NCBI GenBank assembly: GCA_000165425.1
Contig: CT868041.1
Location: 1-64,000 of the forward strand
Source: Paramecium tetraurelia
Lineage: Eukaryota
DNA: 64,000 nt
Reading direction: 5' to 3'
Each line of letters opens with the position of its first letter. Position 1 is the stretch's first letter. Of this stretch, positions 1-12,119 are shown one piece after another. The position numbers and the translations under genes are program-made. Under the pieces are notes generated by a model that saw nothing but the letters and a program-made list of their open reading frames with translations, searched no databases and had not been told where the DNA came from.

Positions 1-2
1 CC

Positions 3-170
3 GAGAAACTCATGATATTAAATGGGATAATAGGCCGTTTTGCTAGGATATAGTTTGATGACTTAATGATCTGCCCGTTATGTGACATACTTATGGACAA
101 CACAGAGATATTTAAACACTCCTACGCAGCGAGTGTGGACCTTGCTATACACCGGGGACATTCACAATGA
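3..170 (+). CDS. 3' end of a gene entering the window; CxxC (ICPLCD..FKH) zinc-finger-like motif
   Basis: Code-6 frame from 3 reads EKLMILNGIIGRFARIQFDDLMICPLCDILMDNTEIFKHSYAASVDLAIHRGHSQ then TGA at 168-170; more GC-rich than the downstream flank. Confidence 0.4.
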
Positions 171-1553
171 CATGTTATTCAACATCCAAATTATTTATAT
201 TAGATTTTGCTAGATGATTAATTTTTTCAATTTTTTCGTACAAAATATTGTGGCTTAGGATTGTTAATTAACATTTGTTGAGTGCTCAATTTTTTATGGT
301 TTTAAGTTTTACGATTATAAAATTTTCATGCTCCTATTTTTGAAAAATTATAAGATTTATCAGATAACTTTAGCCGCTATGAATTTTTAAGCTATATTTT
401 CATTCATTAAGCAGTTTTTATATACAATTTACCTCTCATCTAAATATTTCAGAATCAATGTACAAGATAAGATAAGAACTTGCTACTACCACCTCTTTAG
501 TCTACCTATTATAGGTATTATTCTAAGGAAAATATTTGACTAAACTACTTCATTGATTATGAAAGCTGTATACTAATAATGAATTTTACTTCATAATATA
601 CCTGTGCATAAATCAAAGGAAGGTGTGCTTCTAATTTGAACTTGTAGAAGAAGTTAAAAAAATTCCTTAATATAATATGTTTTTTATTTAGAAAACAAAC
701 GAACTTCTGAAAAAGACTGATAATTTATGGAAAGGAGTTTAATGTTTATAGATTCTTTAGAATTGTAGAAGATAAACAATAAGAGACATTAAATCTTAAA
801 GAGAACTTTAAATAAAAATTAGAAATTGATGAATTGCAAAAGATTAGGAATGGGAACAAGGTTCAAATGATGGAAAACATAAGTGAAAATATTGAAAAAA
901 TCTTTATAGGTAGAATATTTATAAGAGCATTATAATTCAGCGAAACTATGTATTGTTGATAAACATACAAATTCATTATGGATGATTATTGATTGTATTT
1001 TAGTTAATATATTTTATTAATATCCAATTAATCTTGTTAATTTATAATTTTGAGTTAAACTTAATATTATTAATTTATATACATAATATTATTTTGAAAT
1101 TGAGTAAATCTAATAATATAAAATAAAACTGCATGGTCTTCTTTTAGTAAAATTGTGATTTATATTCTAATATAAATTGTCTTTTGAGATATATAATAAT
1201 TATTTAAGAAGTGAAGTTGTTTACTTTTTATTTGAATGTCTTTGCATCTTGAACAGAAAATATACTTGAGGTGTTCTACTTAAAAGTCATATAAATGTGA
1301 TTCTATAGATTCTGATTGTGATATTGTTATGTATTTTAAGTTTATGAGATGAAAATATGATTGATAAATTTTCCTATAATAAATTTTATATTCTGCTTTT
1401 AAATTCATATATAATAGGATTTATATGTTTAGACTTCTGTAATTTAGTTTAACTTTAATATTTCATCCTCTATTAAGCTACATAAATTAATAGTTTCCTT
1501 ATAAGTAATTCTATTGAAATAGTTAAATTAATATAATTAATTTTTTGCTTGTT

Positions 1554-1931
1554 NNNNNNNNNNNNNNNNNNNNNNNNNNNNNNNNNNNNNNNNNNNNNNN
1601 NNNNNNNNNNNNNNNNNNNNNNNNNNNNNNNNNNNNNNNNNNNNNNNNNNNNNNNNNNNNNNNNNNNNNNNNNNNNNNNNNNNNNNNNNNNNNNNNNNNN
1701 NNNNNNNNNNNNNNNNNNNNNNNNNNNNNNNNNNNNNNNNNNNNNNNNNNNNNNNNNNNNNNNNNNNNNNNNNNNNNNNNNNNNNNNNNNNNNNNNNNNN
1801 NNNNNNNNNNNNNNNNNNNNNNNNNNNNNNNNNNNNNNNNNNNNNNNNNNNNNNNNNNNNNNNNNNNNNNNNNNNNNNNNNNNNNNNNNNNNNNNNNNNN
1901 NNNNNNNNNNNNNNNNNNNNNNNNNNNNNNN
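1554..1931. other. Assembly gap (run of N)
   Basis: Continuous N from 1554 to 1931. Confidence 0.99.
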
Positions 1932-2199
1932 NGATAATTTAGATAATTTATCGATTATTATGTTGAAAATAATTAGAAATAACAAGTTTCACCTCAAAGA
2001 TAAGTATAGCATAAATTAATAGGATTATATTTTGGAAATATTTTTAGAGATCAGGAATTAATTGACAAACAAAGATGTTTTAAATATCGAGAGAAAGAGA
2101 TATTACCTTAATTAATCGATAATTTGTGTAAAATAATATCTAAGATTCTAAAAGTATCCTGTTTCGAATGATTTTAATATTATATATTTTATTAAATCT

Positions 2200-5100
2200 A
2201 TGGAGATCAATGTTGTAATTTTAAATGGAAAATAAATAAAGATTGAAGTTCAAATAGAGAAGACAACAGTGAATGATATAAAAAAAAAAGTGATGGAAAA
2301 ATCAGGAATTAGATTTGAGGACCTCGTATTAATCTACAATAACCAAATTTTGAAAAATGACTAAACATTAAAGAATAGTGGAATAGATAAGGGTGTGACA
2401 ATAGATGCTGAAACTGCAGATACTCTAACAAAGAAGTATAAGTAGAAAATAGGTATTTGATATAGTCTTAAATCAAGAATTTTTAGAGGAAGAGGTAAAT
2501 AAATGGAGATAAAAATTTAGTGAATAATAGAATTAAAAGGAAGAATTTTAAGAGCAATTAACAAAAGTTACGAACTAGATGGATCAGTATTACTCTTATT
2601 TATAAAATAGAATTAAGAATCAATATTAATAATAAGTAGCAAAGGGTAATGAAATTGAAATTACTAAGTTAAAAGCAACTATTAGTGGATTGGAAATGGA
2701 TAAAACTGAATTATTTCAATAGATATAATATTTTAAATAAGAAAAACTAGATCTTCAATAAAAAGTAGAAGATTTTTTAAAATTGAAAGAGGATTTGATA
2801 GGAAAGACTTATGAAATAAAAGGATTATAGAAAGAATTGGAATATGCTTAAAACCGTGGTAATCAAACCAAAGATGATATAATTAGAGAATTAGATATCT
2901 CAAGATAATAAATTAGGTAATAATAGTCTTGATAAAATCAGGAGATTGGAGCAACAAATAGATGAAGTAAAAACAAAGAATAAAGAGTTGGAAGTGGAGA
3001 AGGTGTAATAATAGATGAAAAGTTTCATTAGTTCTAATTAAAATGAAAAATTGAGTGATTTATAATAATAAAATGCTCACTTAGAGAAGAAACTTGCAGA
3101 ATGTAAGAGTTAGTTACATGGTTTATTTGAATAAGTGAGAACTTTATAAAGTAGAAGGGATGATGAATTGAGAGCTTCCACAAATAGATTAGATCTTGCA
3201 TCTGCAGAAAGGATTTAGGTAAATAGAAATTTAATGGAAATAGAATTTTGAGATGCAAATAAGTAAATTGACTGCAGAAGCGAATTCTTCCAAAAAATCT
3301 TTTGAAGAGAGCTAGATACAGTTAGGAAATGCTAGAAAGCAGTGTTTTGAAAATGATAAAAGGATAATAGAACTGGAGAAGAGTGTGGAAAGTCTTGCTA
3401 ATTAATTAAAAGAGAATAGTCAAGGAATGAAGGAAAAGGAGAAGTTGATAACAGAATTATAAATTTAAAAGGATGAATTACAGAAAGATCTGGACTTATA
3501 TAAAAAGCTTCTGCAGTAGTATAAAAACAATGCTGAAAAGGGAGATCCAAAAAAAATGTCAGAAATGGACATTGAGAATAAAAAATTGGTGGATGCTTTG
3601 AATGCTAGGGAAGAGCAAAGAAACAAAGAATATCAAAGGGAGGAATAATAAAGAAAGAAAGAATTATTGGAAAGATAAGAAAAATTGAAGTAGGAGTAAT
3701 CTAAATAGTAGGATTTAATGTAAAAAAATAAAGAGTAACGATAAAAAACAGCATAATGTAAATGCATTAATAACTTTAGTTTTAAAGAGGTAGATGTTTG
3801 AAAGTCATGGAAAGATTGAGGTTTGTTTTCTGATTGATGTAACAGGATCAATGGATCCATATAAAGAATAGGCAATGATGTGCATAAAAGAGAGTATGAA
3901 GAACATAAAGATAAAGACAAATAGAGATGCTTTATGGGCAACAGTGGCATATCAAGATTTTGAAGAAAGGAAATAATTAGGAGGAAAATACAAGTAACTA
4001 AATTTCACTCCAAATCCTAAAGAAATAGAGGACTATTTATCAGATATTCCTTGCGCTGGAGGCGGGGATGCTGCTGAAGATATAAGAGGAGGCATAACAC
4101 AAATGGTTCAGAATTTGGATTGGAGTAAAAATTTCAAGATTGCTGTTTTGATTTGCGATGCTCCGACCCACGGTAAGAGATATAATGGCGGAGTAGCCGA
4201 TCGATACCCAAATGAAGATATTGAAGATGCTATTAATTTACTTATTGAAAAAAACATTTTATTTGTTGCTATCCTTTTTAATAAGTTTACATTACCAATG
4301 TTTGAAGAAATAAAGAAGATTTATTAAAAGGCAGAAAAAGAGGAATTATTACTATTTGCAGATTTAGAAAATACAGAATAAGGTAAAATTTGGTAGGAAC
4401 TTGTGGATTTGGTTTCTCAAGCATCTTAAAGAGCAACTCAAACAAATAATAAAGGAACAAGATCTAAGTAGGCTGCTGCAAATAAAAGATCATAAACCGG
4501 TGCGATGGAAGCACTTTGCAAATCGATTAAGGATCCATCAAAATTTGACGAATTGCCAGGTGTTAAAACTGTTCTAGTTAAGTTTGGTGTTTATCGTGTT
4601 GAATTAAAATAGGATGCGTTTGAAGGAAATTTGGAAAATATAAGGAGACTCGATATTAATAGGGATTACAGTGTTTATGAAGAAGGAAAATGGGATTGTA
4701 TAAGAACTGAGACGTTCTTTGCAGTAGGTTAAATGAAATAAGTATTTTTAATGAAGAGAATAAGCAACAAAGATGAATTATATGTGATCAAAATGCCACT
4801 TGGAGATACAACTTATAAGAGTTAGGATGAAGCTGTTGTAGAATGCAGATCCCACCTCATTTCAAAATGTTTAATGAAAAAGTATATTAATGAATTGCAA
4901 GAGGCAAGGGACAGAACTGACAGAACAATCAAGATTCCAGATGTTAAATATTCAGACTTTTTAATTTTGAAGGATTTGGCATAGGGAAGTAAGAATTTCC
5001 TTTTATTTTTAGATTCATATTGGATTGCAGAAAGATTCTTTTCTGGCGATTTTGTTAAGTATAATAATAACTATGGTTTTATTTCAGATGAAAATATAGA

Positions 5101-5366
5101 CCTCAATCATTTGGCTTAGGGATACTCCTATTATACATATTTCATTTCAAATTTCAATTATATGGTTAGTGATGTTCAAGGAGTTGGAAATTACTTTACA
5201 GATCCTGCTTTAAATACAAAAGATGGTAATTTATATAAATATTCTAGGTAATTTTGATTTAACTGATATGGGACTTGATGGATAATCTATGTTTATGGTT
5301 GCTTATGGAGGAAAGAAGCATATGGGAAGAAAATACTTGGATTTATTGGGTATACCATAACCATGA
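2200..5366 (+). CDS. Ubiquitin-like domain - long coiled coil - vWA domain - alpha-kinase (eEF2K/MHCK/VwkA family)
   Basis: UBL N-terminus MEINVVILNGKQIKIEVQIEKTTVNDIKKKVMEKSGIRFEDLVLIYNNQILKNDQTLKNSGIDKGVTI; E/K/Q-rich coiled coil ~2450-3760; vWA IEVCFLIDVTGSM, GGGDAAED, ICDAPTHG; kinase FAVGQMK, YVIKMP, AERFFSGDFVKYNNNYG, VSDVQGVGNYFTDP; several ~22-25 nt GTA..AG introns; TGA at 5364-5366. Confidence 0.9.
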
Positions 5367-5393
5367 ATAATTGACATTAATAAAATAAAATAT

Positions 5394-5703
5394 TCATTAT
5401 TCTGGCAATTTATAAGGCTTTTTAAATGCTATTTTTATGGAGGGATCCTAGGTTACAAGTTGAGTTAAAGCATTAGTCATCTTTTATGATAAGAATATTT
5501 AAGCTTGCAAATATTTGGATAAGCAATTTTCTAAATTACTTTATTCAATTACTTGAACAGGATTCTTCATCAATGTTCAAATAAGAGATGGACATATCTT
5601 TTACACATTATTTGAAACAACGCTTTTATTCTGAATATCCAGTTGTTGATGGGTATAAAGTAAGATCTGGCAAATCCAAATCACTAATATCGGGACCGTG
5701 CAT
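5394..5703 (-). CDS. Small Tim (Tim8/9/10/13, twin CX3C) mitochondrial intermembrane-space chaperone-like protein
   Basis: MHGPDISDLDLP...KRCFKQCVKDMSISYLNIDEESCSKNCLSKYLQA shows twin CX3C spacing; two tiny introns inferred. Confidence 0.75.
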
Positions 5704-5739
5704 TAATTAATTAAAATATATAAAATATATACTAAATTT

Positions 5740-7480
5740 TCACATACAATCTACTAAAGCTTTAGATAAATATATTAATTGGACTTCTATTTTGGCTGCA
5801 ATCGATAATAATGTAATATGACACAATTCATCTGGACTCAATTTCAAAGGAATAGCTTCTAAGTGTTTCTTCTATAATAAATTTGGTGTCAAACTGACAA
5901 TCTTTATGAAAGCCTTAAGTTCCTTAGGTAGTAATTTATTCATCTTCATAATAGTATAATTAATATATACCTGTGTTGAATAATCAATATCATCATGTTA
6001 ATATCTATATATATTTTGAGCATATACTCGTATAGCTTTTCGAAATGCGGCTGTTGTGATCTATTACTCCTTGCCAAAAGTATTTCTAGTCATTTATTTT
6101 ACTTCCAATAAAAAATCGTGTAATGTCTATGCTCCTTCAGGATATATAGACTTTAAGACGGGATAGCTGTTCATTTGGAAGTTGTACTCCTACGGTATAT
6201 CATTTATCAATACCGAAAATCGTAATATTTGATACCCAGTTGAATCCTTTATTTCCCCTTGAGTGAAATATTTTTAGAATTTCTCCTTAAATTTTAATAT
6301 CAACTGTTCTTCATCCAAATCAATTATACCTTAAGGTTCATCAACTGATTATTATTTTGATTTGAATTATAAATTCTTATCAGATGAATAACTTGGATTT
6401 TCCAATTTAGCATCTAGTAGAACTTAATTTTTTAATTCTTAAATTATATATTCATTTTATGTAAGATCAATCTATTATTATTATTATTATTATTCTTAAG
6501 GAAATGTAAAACTAATACTAGTATTACCTGATTATAGTTTAAGAGTATAATCGATCTCTTTAAGGATACCATTACCTTAAGAAAAACAGCCAATATTATT
6601 ATAAAAAATGAATATCATTAATGCTTAGATTAATTCTCTTTTGTTCCACTTATTATTCTTTATTATTTATTGTAATGTATTTTTAAGAGATTGTTCCCAA
6701 GGTTTTTAAACAAGTATTTTGCAAATAGTATCTACAGACTTGATTTTCTCATCAATGCTCTCATATCCTAGCTCAACCCAATTTTTTTCACCCTCATTTA
6801 GATAGAAATGTTAGATTAATAAATCGTATAACTAGTCACTTCCCGATGCTGCAGCTCCCTTTTTAAAATATCATTAAATAATTACCATAATTGCAAAATA
6901 ATATTTTTCATCCTAAGATAATTTAGTTTGAGTATTTAATAAGTTACCAATAACATTACAATATGGTTTTATTAATGAAGGAAACCATAATAATAATAAT
7001 TCATGTAATGCTATTCTCCCATAGTTAAAATTATATAGTTTAATCATTTATTCTTATAATTGATTAGGATTTACATCACCGATAATAGGCCAAGGCAAAC
7101 TTTTAATTTTGCTATCCAAATATTAAATTAATATTGGAACTTATGGCATACATTTTTAATCATGAAATTTTGATACCCTAAACATTTTTGTCTATTTTCA
7201 AATTCATATTTTTACTTATAAATTATAATCTTTAGCAATGTTTTCATAACAATCAATTATTGATTACATTGGAGTTTAATTAACAACCATAGTAATCTTA
7301 GATTCTATTGCTGATAAGATATTTAGTTCATCTTTGTAATTATTGAATAATGTCTCAAATTATTACAAACATTAGTCGAGCTTACAATTATGTATTAATT
7401 GCTACATGTTCGCCATCTTCTTATGTATTTGTGAGATATTCTGGGAATGCAGATCTAATTTCTTCGCTCTCTTATTCCAT
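5740..7480 (-). CDS. Sestrin (PA26) family protein
   Basis: N-domain YYFAIMGAAASGSDQLYDLLIQHFYLNEGEKNWVELG...ICKILVQKPW; C-domain MTRNTFG...TTAAFRKAIRVYAQNIYRYQHDDIDYS...NKLLPKELKAFIKIVSLTP...PDELCHITLLSIAAKIEVQLIYLSKAL, collinear with sestrin motifs; start at 7480 is inferred. Confidence 0.85.
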
Positions 7481-7549
7481 CAATAATGATATATTTAATT
7501 TATATAATTATTTTATAATAAATTGCACGTGTACCAAATTACTTCTGTA

Positions 7550-9169
7550 TCAATCTATTCTTGATTATTATTTTTACCTACTCTTAAATTGCTTTCATCC
7601 TTTGTATTTCCCATATTTTTAGTATGGTCTTTAGAGAATGGCAATTAATTTAAAAAAAATTATTATAAATTTGATTGCCAATTACTAAAATATTATTATA
7701 AAAATTTGGTATTTATGCATAGTAATATTCAACTTTGAATAAAATTCGGAGACTCTAATAAATATCCTTGTTCCCTTTAGGCAGCTATGGTTGCCTTATA
7801 TTATTGTATTGTCAATAATCTTATATCGAAACTATCTCAGAGTTATTGTACATTATTATTTCTAAAACATTTCTTTATTTTCGAAAGAAATATATACATT
7901 ACTATTCTTCATCTTTCTTCTAGAACTTAATTATTAGGATTGGAATAATTAATCTTATTTTTTTAATTATTGAAATAATTATTTAAAGACGTCTTAATTT
8001 GGCTCAATTATTTTAACCTCTCGTCTATTAGCTATTTCAACTGATTTACCTCATTACTTTTAATATTTTTTAAATATCCAGATAATTTATCTTTGTGTTT
8101 TTCATGATGTATCTTGATTATATTTATTATTAAATACTTAAAAGGTTTAATCTGCGTAATTGTAAGAATATTTATTTAATTTTATGTATATCCATTTAGA
8201 TTGAATTTAGTTCTTCTTAAACATCTTTAAGTTATTAAAAACTCTCATTTGATTATAGCTAATTGATTAATTTTAATGATTGTTTATGAATTGATGTCAT
8301 CTATTCCAATTAATATTGCAAGTTATTACATTTAATTTCATAATCATTCTTCTAAGATATCTCAGCCAACCCATTGCATTCATTTAATAAGGATTTATAG
8401 CAAATTAAAATTGAGTTAATTAGTCCTGTTTATATTGATTTTCGTTAATTTCATGAAAATTTAATGAACGAGCATCATCACCAAATGATTTTGTAATTAG
8501 TTTAATTCATAGATACATTTTCTGTAAATGAATTTTTATGATTAAAGTTATTGATCTTTCCAATATTCTTGCTATTAAGGGTTGAAAATTCTTAACATTG
8601 CTATGCATTTTTATTTCTTGAATTATTATCAAAAATTAAGCCTTTATTAAAGTCAATGGTTACTTTTTTAGATTAATGAAATTAACATTATAAAGACTAT
8701 TGTGGCAATGATTTCTATATAATAGAAATAGAAGATTAGGTTATTTTCTTTTGTCCAAAGTTTTATGATAGACTAATATTACTTTAATTGTTTGTGTTTG
8801 CTCTTATTTGAAGTGAATTGATTAATTTTTAAGAGGCTAAATGTTTCTGTTTATCAACTCTAAATACGAATTAATTAGCAGATTACATTTTAACTCATTA
8901 TGACTTTATAGAATTTGATCATCTTATTAACTTCATTAAATATATATTCTTTATTTAATTAATTGAATGATTCTATTCTGTATCAATTATTATGTTACCA
9001 TATTTTAAGAGAGAAATGCTGATTTATGGTACTATTATGTTAACTCATTTATTCGTTAGTTTAATATAATAATAAATTATATAATCATTTATTGGTTTTC
9101 AATTACATCGTATTTTTATTGCAGATACATGATCTCGTTGAGTAACCCATAGCTAATAACTTTAAGCAT
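7550..9169 (-). CDS. Hypothetical Q/N-rich, partly coiled-coil protein
   Basis: Long code-6 open stretches with tiny introns; no recognisable domain; ends approximate. Confidence 0.4.
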
Positions 9170-9892
9170 GTCAAGCACATATCAAATAAATTTTATTATA
9201 TTAAATAAATTATATTCTTTATAAGGGCAAAAATTTGATTAAAAGTTCAATATTCCTATAATAATACTATTGTAATGAATATTTCAATTATGTTTATTTG
9301 AAGAATATTAAACTTTCTTTCCACTATAAAATATAATCAATTACTCAAAAATTATCATTGAGCGGAGACAAAAATTTTTATACTAATAACACATATTAAA
9401 TCTAGTAAACTATAAAATTTAAGGGAAAGTTTTATACTTGATCATTAGATAGGTTAAACTAAAAAGTAAAGGACTTAGAAATATAAATATCAAAATATAA
9501 TTTAATTAATTTAGATTATTATTTGCTACCTTTAACCAACATTACTCTTTAGTAAATACTTCATTAAGATGAGAATGTAGATTTTTTTTAATATTTCATT
9601 TGAACTATAAGAGTTTCCTTTTTGTAAACAAATCCCAAAATGGATGTTTTCTCCGAATACTATTTAAATTATGAAGCTGCATATATTGTTCTAAGCATTG
9701 AATGTTGTTTCATTATAAGAAATCACAAAATTAAGCATCCTAAGAAAATTTATGCCGTTGCTAAGAATAATTAAAAGTTTGGTTCCTTCAGTAGGATTTT
9801 GATGAGGGAATTAGAATTACAATAAATTAAGTTCATCATTTTATTCTTGATGATGGATAATTTAAAAATTAATATAATAATAAAGCAATTAT

Positions 9893-10405
9893 TCAGATGT
9901 ATAGATTCTTTTTAAAATTGATAGGATTCTTATCTAACTCTATTATTTTATCTACTAATTTTTGATAATTTCTCCCATATTCCAGTTATTATAATTTCAT
10001 TTTTAAAGGAGTCTTTTGTCTTCTATCTTGCATAGGTCTAAATAAAGAATCTACTTCCTTGTTTTACACGTTCAACTCCACTTGATTGATATGCTATACA
10101 AAATCGTAACTGCTGTTATTTCTTTTTTTATTATCATATTGAGTCTATTCTTTAGATTAGACCTTTGAATTATTAATAAATGAATGCGAATTGTAACTGG
10201 TTCGTTTAACAAATGTTCTAAGTTTCTTTACTCTAAACTAATAGCAAACAAATGGTGTTTATAATCTCTCTTTTTCCAATTTTCTCATAATCAGCTCCGT
10301 CTTGCTATCCTTTATTTACTATTTATTTTATTAATTTGAAATAAATCTTTATAATAATTAAGTCTTTTGTTCCTCAAACTCTGTCAATAATTTATAATCT
10401 ATCAT
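9893..10405 (-). CDS. Hypothetical protein
   Basis: MIDYKLLTEFEEQKTQLLQRF... to ...KKNLYI*; one small intron inferred. Confidence 0.45.
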
Positions 10406-10439
10406 GTTTTTTATATAAATTAATAATATATTATATAAT

Positions 10440-11633
10440 TCAATATTGACTAGTAACACATTTTCTTAATAACAAATAATGATCAAACATCTGCTAACTC
10501 ATTTATCTAGTAATTTTTATGAATTTTTCATAATCCAAATTCTAATATCTAAATTTCTTCTATAAAAAGTACAAACCTTCCTTCTCTGCTTGAATTTCAC
10601 TTGTCAAATCAATAATCTAATTGCTTAGAGGATCACTTTTTGTGATTCTACATATCTAAAATCTATTACTCTTCAATATTGCTCTATTCCAATTGAGCTT
10701 ATTGTAGTTACACAAGTCTCGATTTTCTGTTCAATCTGCATCAATTATTAATCCAATTAATGAATACTTGCATTAATTTCTTAATCTTTCAATTGAACCT
10801 CTTGTATTACTCTTGTTTAATGTAAACACAGTAATTGTTAATAAATGATAACTATAAGTATCATTTAAAGTATCAGTTAATTATTTTTACTATTTAATTG
10901 TTTCAATTAGTATTTTAGAATAAATTAGCAATCCAAAATCAACTTTAGATTTTACTTCAATTTTTATTTTCTCCTCTTTTGCTTCTTATGAAATTAATAG
11001 TTCCTTCCAAACTCAAAAACTGAGGAGATTATTTAAATTAATTTGTTAGCCATTCCCTATTCTTCTTGTTATTTTTTTTAAGTCTAGTTGTACTTTAATT
11101 TATATTCTGATTATTTTAATGATTCTTGTTTTTAATTTATATCGGAATAAGGGTTATTAGAAGGTTATTGTTATTGTAGATGAAATTGTGATTATTAAAA
11201 TTAAACATAATTATTAGGTTATGGCTAAATTACTTAACTCATAATTGAATTATATTATTATTAAGATTGATTAAAATTGTTTGCATAGTTTTTCAAGAAA
11301 AAAGGAAAATTTCTAGTTAAGGCTGATTGTATTTCCACCATAAAGTCATCTAATTAGCACTAAGTTGATACTATATTATAATTTTAATTCCAATTTTTGC
11401 CAGATGGTATAAAAGTGTTAAAACTAATAAACAATCCATTTTAGATTTAAGCTTGATTTATATAATGGATTTGAATCAAATTTAGTAATTTAAATAGTTT
11501 TAAAAATTTCCTAAAACGACTTAATTCTCTCGAATAATTTTATAACAATATTAAAATTTTTTTAATTTGATTCCTTTGAAGGTTACTCATAGCATATGAA
11601 CCGCTTAGATTATGTAAAATGATATTTGTCCAT
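10440..11633 (-). CDS. Hypothetical low-complexity (Q/N-rich) protein
   Basis: MDKYHFTQSKRFICYEQPSK...; code-6 frame restored by tiny introns; ends ...LRKCVTSQY*. Confidence 0.5.
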
Positions 11634-12119
11634 CAAAAGATTTAAATATATATGTTTAAGCTATAATTCAAGAAAGAAGCTTGAAAACACAAATGTATAA
11701 TAAATTTTGTTGCTCAATAAATTAAGATTTTTATAGTTTGGCTGTAATTAAATTAATATTATAAAATCGAAAGGAATCCAAATTAAAGTCAAAAAAACCA
11801 ATATTCATCATCCGTAAAGTAAGAGGTTTTGTTGAGATTAATGAATTCATTGATTTCGAAAGTTAATGAGAATTTTTTTTGTTAGATTTGATACATAAGT
11901 TGAGTTAGTATTGTTCTGAATTTTCTCATTTTTATCATAAGCATTATGTATTAAATCAGCTCATACTTATATTTCCTTCTTAGAATTTATATTTAATTAT
12001 TTAAGGGAAATGAATTGAAATTGAGACTGGTATTATACAAAAGGATCTGTAAGTGAGAATTCTTCATTTGGGCGTATTTTCTTATTTTAAGTAATAATTT
12101 GAAATTAATATTATTATAA

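Noticed and set aside
1473..2019. Three ORF-track entries made mostly of X
   Set aside because: Artefacts of the N gap
7480..7640. Upstream hypothetical ORF appears to run in frame into the sestrin (possible fusion)
   Set aside because: A 23-nt intron gives a TGA at 7550-7552, and the AT-rich stretch before ATG 7480 looks intergenic; a fusion is not excluded without cDNA
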